Shown: piece by piece, positions 38,838-48,704 of the stretch
Layout of the letters: each line of letters opens with the position of its first letter
Position numbering within the stretch: the first letter of the stretch is position 1
Source: a virus
Strand: one strand, 5' to 3'
IMG/VR virus record: IMGVR_UViG_3300030103_003268
Coordinates: 30,477-94,476 of that record
Length of the DNA: 64,000 nt
Made by a program: the position numbers and the translations under genes
The notes under the pieces: model-generated
Database searches by the model: none
The model's input: the letters and a program-made list of their open reading frames with translations, nothing else
What the model was told of the DNA's origin: nothing

Positions 38838-41765
38838 CTATTCTTCGGTGGGAAGGGGCAATTTGTTATACCTATCTTCATAGATATTCCACTTTCCTTC
38901 ATCCCCTTCCTTATCCGCAGGTGTTTGTTTGTAGCCAGTCCAAGCAAGCCACATTTTTTCTCCATCCACATCTAACACTCTATAATGCATTTTTGTTTCA
39001 AACTTACTGCCTTTCAAGAAATATTCATGGTAGCCATCCCTTTGAATACCTAAACTAATTTTGCCTGAATCTACTAATTTACCCTTAGTTACCGTTTTTG
39101 CTACTTCTGCTGGATATTTACCTGCCGCACCAAATAAGTCAAACATTTCTTCTTCGTTTTCAATATTGATAGTCCAAAACATATTTTCTGTTTTTAAGCC
39201 AATAGCGAAAGTTAAATTATCATCCTCTCTTGCGTAGATTTTAAATTCACCCTCTCTTAATTCTTTAGGAGTTTTATATTCCCCTTCAACTGCTTTAATA
39301 TCTTCTTTTAGCATAGCATATTTATCATCAAATCCACTCCCATATCGGCAGTTTTTATATTCTTCCGCTATCTCTTCAGTAGTCTTAATTTCTGTTGCTT
39401 CTTCATATAAAACATCACAATCCTTAATTGCAAAAATATCATCTCTAAAATCTTTTATTTCTTCTTCAACGCTATTTGTGCTTACTCTAAGTTTTTGTTT
39501 AACTGCTTCCCAACCGTCTTCTTCAACCTTTGCTTTCAATTGTTTTTCATATTGAGAAATAAGATTTTCCCTAAGTCTTTTACAACAATCTCCGTCAGTA
39601 TCTACATCAATTTGAATTACATCTTCTTTTTCTGCTTCATCAGCAATTTCTTTCATTCCTATTAACTCAGCCATTTTAGTAAAACTCTTTTTGATTTCTT
39701 CTTCTTGCATGATTTTGTCATCATCAGCAGAGAGTTTATCTTCTCTCTCACTGATACCATCTCTAAGAATAGCCCATTTTTTTAACTTCTTTTCATCAGA
39801 ATCAAGAACCTGTTCATATAAATCATTATGTTTTTCTTTTAAGAAATTATGTAATTGTCTTGGAGTTTGTTCTCCATTCATTTTTAAGTGTTGAAAAATA
39901 GCGACAGTTAATTCACTTTGTTTAGTTTTCATAATATCAATGGCTTGTTGTTTCCACATATCTAAGTCCATTGTAGCATTCTTAGACATTAGATTATCTT
40001 CTTCATAACCATAAATAGTAAAACCGTCTAAATCATATTTAATGATAACATTTGCTTCTCCGTGAATGTGGTCTGTAATCTTAACTCCTTTTGTAAATGC
40101 TTCAACATTATAGTTAAGAGACTTTTTAGTGTCTTGAGAAAGTAATTCTAAAGTAATTAACTTATCAGGATATTCAACTTCAGGAATTTCAATTGGTTTA
40201 GCAGAAAACAAACTAAACCCATCTCCTTTCTTTTTGACTTCATCAACCTTAACTCGGATAATTTCCCCAACATCAACAGCCATTTTTGTATTTAAAGCCT
40301 TACCCACATTCAAGTATTGCTTCTTATCAACTTCAACTGTTCCTTCCATTTCACCTGTGATTGGCCCAACTCCAACAGTATAAGAATATAAATTGCTTTT
40401 TGTCTTTTTCTTTTCTAATACAATAACATCTAGGTCAACAAACTTCTTTAATTTAATCCACTTAGGATTTTTCTTTGTTCCTATGTAATAAGTTGAAGTA
40501 GCGTCTTTAATAACAACTCCTTCCGATGCAGGATTTTTCATAATTTCATCAGCATACTTTTCTATGTCTTTTAAATTATCCGCTTGTCGTGTATCCTTTT
40601 TTGAAGGATAAGCGATTGCCTCACTAGTCTTTGAAGAATAATTGTTGAATAAAATTGTCATTCTACTTTCTAACTCTTCATCAGCAAGAGTCTGGGACTC
40701 ATGGCGAATAATATCAAAAACATGACATCTTAGTTTAGCATCTTTATATTTTCCTTTAAATACATGAGCGATTGTATCTGCTCTATGAAGGGGGTCATCG
40801 CCGTCAAAAAGAACTAATTCTGCATCAAAGATACAGTCTCCATATTCTTTTTTCTTTAATTCCTCAACTTGTGCTTTACATTTATCAGTAATATCTTTCT
40901 CATTATAAGAATAAACTTTTACTTTATCGTCAATTTTGTGTAGTTGAACTCTCATTCCATCAAATTTTTCTTGAACATACCAATTGCCACTAAATCCTTT
41001 TAATTCTTTAATATCATCCACTTCAAAAATTCTATACATTGGTTTATTAGGAACAATAAATTGGGAAATAGATTTTTTCTCATCACTTGGGATAGATTTT
41101 TTAACGCCCTCAATATCAGTGATGGTTGCCCATTCTTCTTTATTATTCTTAGATAAGAAAATTAATTCCAACATATCCATAGCAGCCCTTACTTTAGATT
41201 CAACTTTCTTTGAGTCTTTTCCATCCCCATAATGCTCAATAATATACAGGGCTATGTCGTCCACTTCTAGGTCAAGCCCCATAAGACCCTCCGTAATTGT
41301 GTCGGGAGTCATGTCTTTAACCCTGTAAATGTCATCAGATAGTGCTTTATTGTCGTCCCTTATAGCATAATGCACAAATTTAACCATGCTTTCGGGATTA
41401 TCTAGCAATTCTTCAAGGACACTATCCTTGAACATGGCGGCGAAGGGGTCGGCTACGATGGACGAAGAATACCTTAAAAGTTTAATATTTTCATAAAGTT
41501 CTTTGGCTTGGCGTGAAGAAGGGTCTTTGACATCTTTATCGTCTAAATCCTTTTCATCAATAAAGTTTTTCATTTCTTTGCCAGCCGCATCTGCCTCATT
41601 ATATGATTCAACAATGTTATCAACTGCTTTACGCCAGCGACCCGAATATTCTGTTGGGTCTTGCCTTGCAGATAAATAGGCTACCCGTGTCTTTTCAAAG
41701 AGACGAAGAATTTCTTGAGAAGGTTGTTTATCCTTCTCAATAGAAGCCAATTTCATACGAATCAT
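38838..41765 (-). CDS. lig: Multidomain ATP-dependent DNA ligase
   Basis: QEKFDGMR (motif I), FDAELV, FDII, EGVVIKD, WIKLK, OB domain; large extra N- and C-terminal regions. Confidence 0.9.
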   Translation of the reverse strand: MIRMKLASIEKDKQPSQEILRLFEKTRVAYLSARQDPTEYSGRWRKAVDNIVESYNEADAAGKEMKNFIDEKDLDDKDVKDPSSRQAKELYENIKLLRYSSSIVADPFAAMFKDSVLEELLDNPESMVKFVHYAIRDDNKALSDDIYRVKDMTPDTITEGLMGLDLEVDDIALYIIEHYGDGKDSKKVESKVRAAMDMLELIFLSKNNKEEWATITDIEGVKKSIPSDEKKSISQFIVPNKPMYRIFEVDDIKELKGFSGNWYVQEKFDGMRVQLHKIDDKVKVYSYNEKDITDKCKAQVEELKKKEYGDCIFDAELVLFDGDDPLHRADTIAHVFKGKYKDAKLRCHVFDIIRHESQTLADEELESRMTILFNNYSSKTSEAIAYPSKKDTRQADNLKDIEKYADEIMKNPASEGVVIKDATSTYYIGTKKNPKWIKLKKFVDLDVIVLEKKKTKSNLYSYTVGVGPITGEMEGTVEVDKKQYLNVGKALNTKMAVDVGEIIRVKVDEVKKKGDGFSLFSAKPIEIPEVEYPDKLITLELLSQDTKKSLNYNVEAFTKGVKITDHIHGEANVIIKYDLDGFTIYGYEEDNLMSKNATMDLDMWKQQAIDIMKTKQSELTVAIFQHLKMNGEQTPRQLHNFLKEKHNDLYEQVLDSDEKKLKKWAILRDGISEREDKLSADDDKIMQEEEIKKSFTKMAELIGMKEIADEAEKEDVIQIDVDTDGDCCKRLRENLISQYEKQLKAKVEEDGWEAVKQKLRVSTNSVEEEIKDFRDDIFAIKDCDVLYEEATEIKTTEEIAEEYKNCRYGSGFDDKYAMLKEDIKAVEGEYKTPKELREGEFKIYAREDDNLTFAIGLKTENMFWTINIENEEEMFDLFGAAGKYPAEVAKTVTKGKLVDSGKISLGIQRDGYHEYFLKGSKFETKMHYRVLDVDGEKMWLAWTGYKQTPADKEGDEGKWNIYEDRYNKLPLPTEE

Positions 41766-42298
41766 CTATTTCTTTCGTATTCAGAATCTAAAGTTTCTCC
41801 TGAATAGTCAGAATCATATGCAATAGTTTGTTCAGGGACTTTAGATAACTCTTCCTCTAAGTCTTTTAATTTAGAAGTGATACGAGTCATTTCTTGCATC
41901 ATTCTACTTTGTTCTTCTGGTTTAGCGTCTTTAATTTGTTTAGATAAACCAGTAAGCATAGCAGAAAGACCATCAATTTGACCAATAAGTTTCATTCTTT
42001 GTTCATGGTCTAGCATAGGATTAGTTTCATAATCTTCAGGTAAAATATTCTTTAGAATACTAACCATTTTTGTAATTTCGCCAGCATAAGCATGAAGAGT
42101 AGTTGGCCCATCATTTGATTCTGCCTTGTAGTTGTAATTTTCAGCCTTTGGTCGCTTCAATTTAACTGCTTCCGAATCATCATCCATAGGATTTCTATTG
42201 TTATCCATTAAGGATTGATAAAGCATTTCTTTTGCTTCTCTTGCTTTTTGAATCATAATGCTAATTTGTCGTTCTTCTCTTGTTACTCTTTCAGGCAT
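41762..42298 (-). CDS. Hypothetical protein
   Basis: 178 aa helical ORF. Confidence 0.65.
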   Translation of the reverse strand: MPERVTREERQISIMIQKAREAKEMLYQSLMDNNRNPMDDDSEAVKLKRPKAENYNYKAESNDGPTTLHAYAGEITKMVSILKNILPEDYETNPMLDHEQRMKLIGQIDGLSAMLTGLSKQIKDAKPEEQSRMMQEMTRITSKLKDLEEELSKVPEQTIAYDSDYSGETLDSEYERNR

Positions 42299-42303
42299 TT
42301 AAA

Positions 42304-42549
42304 TCACTCCATCTTTGAAACCATTTTATGAATATCTGACCAATCCATGCTAGAAACATCAGTAGTGGGTAATGAGTCAAAACCACCAACGGTATTATCC
42401 ATAGCAGGAGTAGGGCTATTAGAAACAACTAAACCAGCCTTAGTCAAAAGACTGTCCTTTGCATAGATTGTCTTTTCTAATGCTTCAACCTTTGCGGTCA
42501 AAGCCTTAATAATTTCTAAAACATCTTTGTTAATACTTTCTTCTGTCAT
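42304..42549 (-). CDS. Small scaffold-like protein sharing the protease C-terminal motif
   Basis: Coiled coil plus MDWSDIHKMV. Confidence 0.7.
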   Translation of the reverse strand: MTEESINKDVLEIIKALTAKVEALEKTIYAKDSLLTKAGLVVSNSPTPAMDNTVGGFDSLPTTDVSSMDWSDIHKMVSKME

Positions 42550-42554
42550 TTAAA

Positions 42555-42806
42555 TCACATTCCAAACTTTTCTTTGCATCTTTCTCTTGCTTTAGCATAA
42601 TCTTCTTCAGACATTCCGCCTCTTCCAAATTGTTGGTTTAAACGGTCAATACAAGCAAGATAACTTGAAGCATCTAAACTACTTCCCCTCATGGGCTTTC
42701 TTCTGCTTCCGCCCTTGAATCCTCTTGCGCTCATTCCTCTTGCTTTATTCAAATCACCCGAACAACCGCAACCGCATCCTGCTTTTAAAATTTCTTTCCA
42801 ACTCAT
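42555..42806 (-). CDS. WxxILK-leader small protein
   Basis: MSWKEILKAGCGCGC. Confidence 0.7.
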   Translation of the reverse strand: MSWKEILKAGCGCGCSGDLNKARGMSARGFKGGSRRKPMRGSSLDASSYLACIDRLNQQFGRGGMSEEDYAKARERCKEKFGM

Positions 42807-43171
42807 TTCTTATCCTCTCCTTTTCCTCTTGGATGAACTAAATCTCGCAATTGGCGATAGAGTAATTCATACTCCTTACGCAACTTCGTAGCGGTGGCTA
42901 CAATATCAATGTTGCGCTCATCCATTGATTTCATTTTCTTATTTAACTTCTTATCTGATTTAATCAGTTCTAATTCTCTAAGAGTAGAAATAAGTTCGCC
43001 TAATTTAGTAAAATCTTGACCAAAAAATTCTGTTGGTTCTGCGGCTTGAAGAGTTTTCTTTAATCTCTTTCTTCCTTTAGCATCTAAAGAATCAAGAAGT
43101 TTTTTAGGCTCTTGTTTCTTCTCCTTTAGAATAAAGTTATCACCTTCACCGTAGTAGTCCCAAGTCATCAT
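42803..43171 (-). CDS. Hypothetical protein
   Basis: 122 aa, basic helical. Confidence 0.65.
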   Translation of the reverse strand: MMTWDYYGEGDNFILKEKKQEPKKLLDSLDAKGRKRLKKTLQAAEPTEFFGQDFTKLGELISTLRELELIKSDKKLNKKMKSMDERNIDIVATATKLRKEYELLYRQLRDLVHPRGKGEDKK

Positions 43172-44829
43172 TCTTCCTCCTTTGGCGGTTCTTGGAAAAT
43201 ATTCTTAGATTCCTTTGTTGGTAAATTCTTAGGCATTTTATCCTTAATTTTACTTTCAATGAAATTAACAACTTCTTGCAGTTCTTCTGCCTTTTCTTCA
43301 TACTTCTTGGCTAAGTCATCAATCTTTTTTGCGGCATCTACATCAAGTGTTGGTGCGCCTTCAAAGAATCCTCCATCTGCTTCAAGAACTAACTTAGCAT
43401 CAGGATTACTCATCAAATACCCCGTCAGCCCTTCTTCAATGTTGTCCTCGGCTTTAGAACTAAGTTCTCCCATTTGTTTAGCGTATCTACTTAAATCAAA
43501 AGCAATATTTGCTCCTTTAGTTAATTGTTCTTTAATTTCCGGCAAGGGGTCGCCTTCTTTAAATATATTCAAAATAGTGCTAAACTCTTTTAAAGTAGGC
43601 TTTAATCTATCAAAGGTATCTAAATCAACTTGAAGTCTCTCTAATTTTCTTTCCTCCGCCTTGAGTTCCTTTTGCAGTTCTTCCTTAGCATCTTCAATGT
43701 GCTTTTCTTTATTATTATCAATGTCCTTAATCATAGAACTGATTTCTTTAATTGAAATTATTTTTTCTTCACGATTCCCCTTAGCCCCTGTAGCCATGAT
43801 TCTTCGCAAAGCAGCATTTAATTTACCAACTTGTCTAGCAACTAAATCATCAGGGTTTTGTAAAGTCTCTTTAATCACTTCTATTTTTTCTTCAATAAAT
43901 ACTTTAGTATTCAAAATCCCAGTAGTGTATTTCTGTGTAGCCTTAATTCTTCGTAATGCTCTGTCATATTCTCTATTGATACCGACCTTAGCAGTGCTCT
44001 TTTTTGCTCGTTGAAGCATACGAAGTCTCTCATCCTTTACCTTTTTTCTAGGGACTAGAGTTCTAGGTTCTCTCTTCCATCTTTGTTTATGAATAGTTCT
44101 AAAAACTTCTAGAAAGTCAATTGTTTCTCCATCAACATCAAATTCGGTATTTACAACATCATTAAGTAATCCTTGTAAATTGTCTACATCAATGTCTGGG
44201 CCTTTCTTAACTTCTTCTCGGCCTCCCTTTGTATATTTATACATCTTGCCTGAAAGAACCCCATCAACTAAAATATTTTCATATTTTTCTATCAAAAAGT
44301 TATTATCCTTTTTTAATTGTGTTAGAACACCCAATAGACTACTAGAATTAGTAGAGGTAGCACCTAATCTTGAATAACTCTGCATAATTCCTCTAACAGA
44401 GAGTTTTCCATCTTTTCTTGATACTTTCGCATCAGAGGCAATCTCCATCAAAATATCTGCCTGAAATCTTAAATTTGATAAAATTTTATAGGCTGATGCT
44501 TCTTCAACAGACCTATTAAACTCTTGACCATATCTGTTTTCTGCTATTCTAGCATCTATTTGTGCTTGTTCATCAGCACTATCAACAGGAGCAGAATAAT
44601 CTTCTTCTTCACTTGCTCTTGAAGAACCGGCTTCATCTTCTTCTTGTTTAGCAATAGAAATATACTTACGATAAGAAATCATATTTTGAGCATTCATATT
44701 TTCAATCAGCGATTCTTTAATTAAAGAAGCACTAGCCTTTTCTTTAACCAAAATAGATGTATTATCATCTAATTCCGCTTTACTTAAAACATTAAGCAAA
44801 GATTTATCTTTGGCTAATTCTAAAAACAT
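43168..44829 (-). CDS. Large coiled-coil protein (possible internal virion protein)
   Basis: 553 aa, helical, between portal and ligase. Confidence 0.65.
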   Translation of the reverse strand: MFLELAKDKSLLNVLSKAELDDNTSILVKEKASASLIKESLIENMNAQNMISYRKYISIAKQEEDEAGSSRASEEEDYSAPVDSADEQAQIDARIAENRYGQEFNRSVEEASAYKILSNLRFQADILMEIASDAKVSRKDGKLSVRGIMQSYSRLGATSTNSSSLLGVLTQLKKDNNFLIEKYENILVDGVLSGKMYKYTKGGREEVKKGPDIDVDNLQGLLNDVVNTEFDVDGETIDFLEVFRTIHKQRWKREPRTLVPRKKVKDERLRMLQRAKKSTAKVGINREYDRALRRIKATQKYTTGILNTKVFIEEKIEVIKETLQNPDDLVARQVGKLNAALRRIMATGAKGNREEKIISIKEISSMIKDIDNNKEKHIEDAKEELQKELKAEERKLERLQVDLDTFDRLKPTLKEFSTILNIFKEGDPLPEIKEQLTKGANIAFDLSRYAKQMGELSSKAEDNIEEGLTGYLMSNPDAKLVLEADGGFFEGAPTLDVDAAKKIDDLAKKYEEKAEELQEVVNFIESKIKDKMPKNLPTKESKNIFQEPPKEEE

Positions 44830-44838
44830 TTAAAAACC

Positions 44839-45063
44839 TCAAAAAGGAATATTTTCTTTCTTTCCCCTTTTCTTTGGTGGTAGAAGAATAACATCAGGAT
44901 TATCAGAAGATGTCGGTAAAGCCTTATGTGTAGTATCTTCTGGTAATCCAACAGACATATCACGATTCTTTTTTACCTTATTATTTTCTTGTGCTGTTAA
45001 AGCCTTAATTTGGGCTAACTCCTTAGTCAATCTTCTTTGCTTTTGGTGCAAGTCTTCGCTCAT
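44839..45063 (-). CDS. Hypothetical protein
   Basis: 74 aa. Confidence 0.6.
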   Translation of the reverse strand: MSEDLHQKQRRLTKELAQIKALTAQENNKVKKNRDMSVGLPEDTTHKALPTSSDNPDVILLPPKKRGKKENIPF

Positions 45064-45374
45064 ATTTTTTCCTCCAATGTTCCTTGTGTTCTTTCTAAGA
45101 TAGAAATTAAATCTTCTTTAGACATTTGACCGATTCTGTCCATAACCATATCTACTAAATCAGTTCTTGTCATTTCTGCTAATTGAGACATTTCTTCATC
45201 AAACATTGAATCCATATCATCTGTTCTTCCCATAGAAGAAGCAGGTTTTCCACCAGCCATTCTAACCGGAGGCTTTCTTCTTTCAGGACTTCTGCTTCTT
45301 CTATTAGGGTCTAATTCCCTAATAGGTCTAGTTCTCGCTTTGATAATATTTTCCCAATTATTCATTTTAACCAA
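45060..45374 (-). CDS. WxxIIK-leader small protein
   Basis: MNNWENIIKA. Confidence 0.65.
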   Translation of the reverse strand: MVKMNNWENIIKARTRPIRELDPNRRSRSPERRKPPVRMAGGKPASSMGRTDDMDSMFDEEMSQLAEMTRTDLVDMVMDRIGQMSKEDLISILERTQGTLEEKI

Positions 45375-47007
45375 CTCTTCTCTCAGTTCTTGTATCAGTA
45401 TTTTGATTTCCAGCCTCTAAGGGCAGACCTGCCATTCTCTTATCTGGCCCTACGCTCATTCTGCTTTTATTTCTTGTGGCCGGTGGGTTCTCTTGAGGCT
45501 TCCCTCCACCCTGCATAGCCTGTTCTTGCATCTGTCCCATCTGTGAGGCATCTATGTTTGTTCCTGCATAGGGGTCAGTTTGAGCCTGTTCCCCTTCACC
45601 TTCTGTCGGGGGTTTTCCTTCGGGTTCAGGCTTCTTGAAAGTGAATTGTCCATCTTCATCCATATCAACTTCAAATCCTAAATTTTTAGTTGATGCAGCA
45701 ATATTGACTTCAATTTCACGCTTACGAAGAATAGCAATTTCGTCTTCTTCTTCGCTCGGCGGTAGTTTTAAATCCCAATCAGTAATACCAAATTGCTTCA
45801 CAAGGAATGGAAAAACATAGTTATTGTAGACAGTCTGTGCTTTTTGAACTGCTCTATTTGTTACGAGGATTTGCATGCCTTCATTGTTTAATCCACCACT
45901 AGTAGTATTATCAGCCATGAATACTTTACTCACGCCATAAAAAGCAGAAATCCTATCTCTTAAATCATCCTTAACTGAAACATAATCCATTTCCTTAAGA
46001 CTATCCATGAACTTAATCCACTCAACTGCCCCTTTTCCGCCTTCTGCTTCAATACCCATGACTGGAATGAAGTGCGGGTCGGCTTCCATCTTTTCTTTAA
46101 CCGACCTCCAAAATGACCGCATAGAGTCCATGTTTCTTGTTTGAACTGCAAGTAAGCCCCTTGGCATTCGGCTCTTTGTGTAAGACTGATTGACATAATT
46201 TTCCATAGCAATAAGAGTCATAATATTGTTAAATAGCGTAATAACAGGAGACATACCATAAAGACGAGAAGGGCTGTATTTACTGAAGTGCAACACTTCA
46301 CCCTTTAAGAAATGCTGGTCTTCTCCATTTACTCTATTAACATAATGAACAGGGAATAGACTGCTACCACAAACTTCACATTTTTCATGCGGGTCTTGAT
46401 GAATAACACGGCGATGATTTACACAGGTAAAACCCTTTGTTCCTCTTTGTCCATTTTCATCTGAATAAATAAACATTGTCACAGGGTCGCCACGATAAAC
46501 TTCTTTAATACGATGCATTCTAATTTTACCATTACCGTCAATAAAATATTCTTTGACAAGAACAATGTAAGCATCGTCCATAATGTTTAAATCATCTTCA
46601 AGTTCCTGTAAGACATCAATAAATAACTGCTCAGACTTATTGACATATCCTTCAATAAATTTTTCTGCATATTCTAGTTGCTTAACATCGGGAATCTTAA
46701 GGTCTGGGCTTTTACAACGAGAACATTCTTGAACAGGTCTTTTGTGTTCTTTACCACAACTATTACATCGTGCTTCGTATGCTTTCTCCCAAACATACCC
46801 TCTTCTAAATACTTCCTGCTTTAATTGAGTAATACAGGTTCTCGCAATAACAGATTGATTAACGATATTATAGATGATTGGGCCAGTCATCATGTGATTT
46901 GTTTCTCTTTCCTGAATACCCATATTGTAGACTTTTCTATCAGCAGGTTTAGGTGTTTGTCTCCTAAAGAGATTAGTTATGCTAAATCTTCTTTTTTCTT
47001 CAACCAT
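45367..47007 (-). CDS. Portal protein with Zn-finger insertions
   Basis: EVLHF...LYGMSP, ISAFYGVS; CNSC/CSRC and CVNH/CEVC inserts; position between TerL and protease. Confidence 0.85.
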   Translation of the reverse strand: MVEEKRRFSITNLFRRQTPKPADRKVYNMGIQERETNHMMTGPIIYNIVNQSVIARTCITQLKQEVFRRGYVWEKAYEARCNSCGKEHKRPVQECSRCKSPDLKIPDVKQLEYAEKFIEGYVNKSEQLFIDVLQELEDDLNIMDDAYIVLVKEYFIDGNGKIRMHRIKEVYRGDPVTMFIYSDENGQRGTKGFTCVNHRRVIHQDPHEKCEVCGSSLFPVHYVNRVNGEDQHFLKGEVLHFSKYSPSRLYGMSPVITLFNNIMTLIAMENYVNQSYTKSRMPRGLLAVQTRNMDSMRSFWRSVKEKMEADPHFIPVMGIEAEGGKGAVEWIKFMDSLKEMDYVSVKDDLRDRISAFYGVSKVFMADNTTSGGLNNEGMQILVTNRAVQKAQTVYNNYVFPFLVKQFGITDWDLKLPPSEEEDEIAILRKREIEVNIAASTKNLGFEVDMDEDGQFTFKKPEPEGKPPTEGEGEQAQTDPYAGTNIDASQMGQMQEQAMQGGGKPQENPPATRNKSRMSVGPDKRMAGLPLEAGNQNTDTRTERRVG

Positions 47008-47060
47008 GAATCACACCCCCTGTTTTAATGCTACGCTATCCTCGCCTATGAACGCTTCGG

Positions 47061-47327
47061 TTATGGCCTTCCGCTATCCTCAATATCATACCTTTCATTA
47101 CTTGAACGCAGCATTTCTTCTAAAATACCTTTCAAATAAGAGGCTCTATTTTGGGGCCGCTTGAATCCTAGTTTTAAGTAATAAATAACCATTCTTTTAT
47201 TAATGTCTGCTAAGTTAGAAAACTTAACATATTTCTTTCTATCTCTAGGTAATTCATCATTTAGAATACCCTCTTTTAGTTGTTTCCAAGACATTTTAGC
47301 CTTCATAATTAATAGGGTTTCGTCCAT
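47061..47327 (-). CDS. Hypothetical protein
   Basis: 88 aa. Confidence 0.55.
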   Translation of the reverse strand: MDETLLIMKAKMSWKQLKEGILNDELPRDRKKYVKFSNLADINKRMVIYYLKLGFKRPQNRASYLKGILEEMLRSSNERYDIEDSGRP

Positions 47328-47473
47328 AACATCGCCTCATCTATTTTACAAGTTAAACATCTATTTGAAATAATCTCAGTCTTACATCTTCTACAAACGG
47401 TTGCATATCTAATTTTCTTTGGTAGTTTTGTTCTTACCTTATGTTTAAAAATATCATAGTGTTTGCGGGGCAT
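47309..47473 (-). CDS. Small Zn-finger protein (54 aa), not in ORF track
   Basis: MPRKHYDIFK...CRRC...CLTC. Confidence 0.6.
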   Translation of the reverse strand: MPRKHYDIFKHKVRTKLPKKIRYATVCRRCKTEIISNRCLTCKIDEAMLWTKPY

Positions 47474-47763
47474 TAACAATTCCACCTTCTTCTGGCGGCT
47501 CTTGCTTTTTCGCTGTAAGTTCCATCTGCTCGCTTAAATCCTCTTGACCTAGCACAAAAAGATTTACGCCTCTTTGCTGCTTTACCGCCAGGTTTTAATT
47601 TACTTGGTTTTTTGGTGACTGGACGCTTTAAATTAGCACCCGTTTCTCTTTTGAATTTAGCACGACCCTTAGCACTTAATCCACCCGTTCTTGCGTGAAT
47701 CTTTTTATTGTAGCCTTTAAAGGGCTTCTTTTTCTTTTTAAGAATATTCTGCCATTCCTCCAT
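47473..47763 (-). CDS. Very basic protein with WxxILK leader
   Basis: MEEWQNILKK; GGLSAKGRA...NLKRP...RRKSFCAR...RRWNC. Confidence 0.75.
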   Translation of the reverse strand: MEEWQNILKKKKKPFKGYNKKIHARTGGLSAKGRAKFKRETGANLKRPVTKKPSKLKPGGKAAKRRKSFCARSRGFKRADGTYSEKARAARRRWNC

Positions 47764-47772
47764 TATATCACC

Positions 47773-48141
47773 TCAATATGCGGGTCTTCGGAAATCGCTA
47801 TCAGTCGGCATTCTTGGACTTAGGCTTGTTTTCATTCCTTGTCTTGCCTGTTGTGCTTGTTGTTGTCCTTTTTGTTGTTGCCTTTGTGCTTGAGAAATCC
47901 CCCGTTGAATAGTTTGAAGGCCAACAAAGACATTTCCTTGATTTTTAAGATAATTAGTTAGAACCGAAGAATATACGCCTAAAGAACCTTTTGCTTGATT
48001 ATACGCATTTAAATCATTTTGATTTTGAAACTTAATCCCATCAGCAGTAAATTGGGCTTGTTGTTGTCTCCTGCCAAAAAATTTCTCAATATCTTCTGGT
48101 TTCGCTTTTAAAATTTCTTTCCAATCATTCATACTTTTCAC
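47773..48141 (-). CDS. Gln-rich protein with WxxILK leader
   Basis: MNDWKEILKA. Confidence 0.65.
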   Translation of the reverse strand: MKSMNDWKEILKAKPEDIEKFFGRRQQQAQFTADGIKFQNQNDLNAYNQAKGSLGVYSSVLTNYLKNQGNVFVGLQTIQRGISQAQRQQQKGQQQAQQARQGMKTSLSPRMPTDSDFRRPAY

Positions 48142-48700
48142 CTATCATATAGCCTAATTTTTTTCCTGCTTCAATATCGCTTGGATAATGACTTCCCATT
48201 TGCATTCTTGATAAAGAAATTCTGTCAGCCATTTCTTTAAGTTCTTTCTTCTTATCTGGATATTCCTTTCCTAATACTTTCTCTAAGCCATGGGCAAGCA
48301 TTGAATGTCCACTTGGGAATGCAGGAGTGTCGTCTGTTTTTGTTTTTGTTGTTTGAATCTTGTCTGAAATTTCGTGAGGTCTTGGTCTTTGATATTTCAT
48401 TTTTAAGGAGATAGCATAGTAGTTTATATCCTTCATAAAATCATCATAATCCTTTTTATTAGCATCAACTATTTTAAACATTTCTATTTCTGGTTTCAAA
48501 TCAGAATCTTTCATTTGTTTCGGTGTAAGTTTTTTCTTTTCCATAACACTTAATATAGCAGGTATTTCTGTTTCCTCTTTTGGATAACTCATTTTTGGAA
48601 TATCTAATTTTATTTTTGGACTTCGTTGTAAAATTTTAGTTTTATCCTTTGATAATTTTCCTTGCCAAGTTCTTTTCTTAAGGATAGAAAACCAATTCAT
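48125..48700 (-). CDS. PAP2-superfamily phosphatase with WxxILK leader
   Basis: KxxxxRPRP, FPSGH, SRxxxGxHYPSD; MNWFSILKK. Confidence 0.85.
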   Translation of the reverse strand: MNWFSILKKRTWQGKLSKDKTKILQRSPKIKLDIPKMSYPKEETEIPAILSVMEKKKLTPKQMKDSDLKPEIEMFKIVDANKKDYDDFMKDINYYAISLKMKYQRPRPHEISDKIQTTKTKTDDTPAFPSGHSMLAHGLEKVLGKEYPDKKKELKEMADRISLSRMQMGSHYPSDIEAGKKLGYMIGEKYE

Positions 48701-48704
48701 TTTC

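Noticed and set aside
47061-47327. MSWKQLK as a tag
   Set aside because: Spacing is one residue short of the consensus and the start codon is uncertain, so it was not counted.
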